Below, one piece after another: positions 63,156 through 64,000 of a stretch of DNA of 64,000 bases. This DNA comes from Polyangiaceae bacterium (GTDB lineage: Bacteria; Myxococcota_A; Polyangia; Polyangiales; Polyangiaceae). The position numbers and the translations under genes are program-made. The notes beneath the pieces were generated by a model, which did no database searches, was not told the origin of the DNA, and worked only from the letters and a program-made list of their open reading frames with translations. Each line of letters opens with the position of its first letter. The first letter of the stretch is position 1. The stretch is taken from the NCBI GenBank assembly GCA_965222375.1, contig CBDCTZ010000016.1, positions 2,976,001 through 3,040,000 of the forward strand, given 5' to 3'.

Positions 63156-63419
63156 ATGGCCACGGAAGAAGAGTTTGAGCAGGCGCAGACGCGGGTGAAG
63201 GGCTTGAAGAAGACTCCTTCGAACGATGAACTCCTGGAGCTGTACGCCTTGTACAAGCAGGCGTCGGTCGGAGATGTCTCGGGCAAGCGCCCGGGCATGC
63301 TCGATCTCAAGGGTCGCGCCAAATACGACGCTTGGGAAAAGCGCCGCGGAACCGACGCCGAGCAGGCGCGCACCCAATACGTCGCGCTGGTCGAGAAGCT
63401 GATCGCCAGCCACGGTTGA
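63156..63419 (+). CDS. Acyl-CoA-binding protein (ACBP)
   Basis: LLELYALYKQASVGD...KGRAKYDAW. Confidence 0.92.
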   Translation: MATEEEFEQAQTRVKGLKKTPSNDELLELYALYKQASVGDVSGKRPGMLDLKGRAKYDAWEKRRGTDAEQARTQYVALVEKLIASHG

Positions 63420-63597
63420 GAGAACTCTGGAGCGCTCGTCGAGACGACGGCGCCCATTTTTGGGGAGAGCACAGAACATTCGCTTTGCTGGCGAAGGTGG
63501 AACGATCCAACCCGCGGCCGACGCTCGGCGCAAACGACTCGGCGACAAAGGCGCGACCGGCGGAAGCGAATCTCGTTGCCGGGCGTTGGCCCCTTGG

Positions 63598-64000
63598 ATG
63601 GGTCCCTCCGCGGAACAGTTCGAGGGTTGCCTCCTTGGGCTCGCCTTGGGCGACGCTCTCGGTGCGCCGCATGAAGGAGGACCCGTCGAACGCGCGTTGT
63701 GGAGGCTCATCGGGACCACGCGCTCGGGCAGGCGGCGATACACCGATGATACACAGATGTCGTTGGACCTGGCGGAGTCGCTGGTCGAGCGCAAACGGTT
63801 CGACGCAGAAGACGTCGCCATCCGCTTCGCTCGCAGCTACCGATGGAGTCGGGGGTATGGCCCGGGTGCGTCTAGGCTGCTGAAGCGCATTCGTGCCGGC
63901 GTGCCATGGCGGAAGGCGAATCGTTCGGTCTATCCAGCCGGATCATTTGGAAACGGTGGCGCGATGCGCGCGCCCGTCGTGGGTTTGTTCTGCTGGCGCG
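63598..64000 (+). CDS. ADP-ribosylglycohydrolase family protein, partial
   Basis: Manual translation: GCLLGLALGDALGAP...YTDDTQM...RGYG...GNGGAMR; runs off the window end. Confidence 0.9.
   Translation, partial: MGPSAEQFEGCLLGLALGDALGAPHEGGPVERALWRLIGTTRSGRRRYTDDTQMSLDLAESLVERKRFDAEDVAIRFARSYRWSRGYGPGASRLLKRIRAGVPWRKANRSVYPAGSFGNGGAMRAPVVGLFCWR

Overview
GC-rich bacterial chromosomal window, most likely from a myxobacterium. The inference rests on MYXO-CTERM-like tails, Cys/Gly-rich lipoproteins and an FHA-GAF-cyclase. Housekeeping content: ISC Fe-S operon, gap-pgk-tpiA-secG, accA, glpK, initiator tRNA-Met, and the aerobic benzoyl-CoA genes boxC/boxB with a BzdR/BoxR-type regulator. Three loci stand out. 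(1) An acyl-CoA dehydrogenase / 2867-aa PfaA-like synthase (KS-AT-KS-ACPx4-KR-DH) / single-chain acyl-CoA carboxylase cluster, in which all four carrier domains have Thr (GIDT) where the phosphopantetheinylated Ser normally sits. (2) A tightly coupled operon linking an IscS-like cysteine desulfurase to a tandem-V4R protein, a small protein, a PAS histidine kinase and two response regulators. (3) Divergent from it, an ISC operon headed by a 4-Cys MerR-family regulator instead of IscR, with a MerR-type palindrome in the promoter. Also present are a doubly disrupted hybrid kinase pseudogene, an in-frame MYXO-CTERM/DctP fusion and duplicated tRNA 3' ends. No CRISPR array, rRNA, integrase or transposase was seen. 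All assignments come from motifs read by eye; no database search was run.
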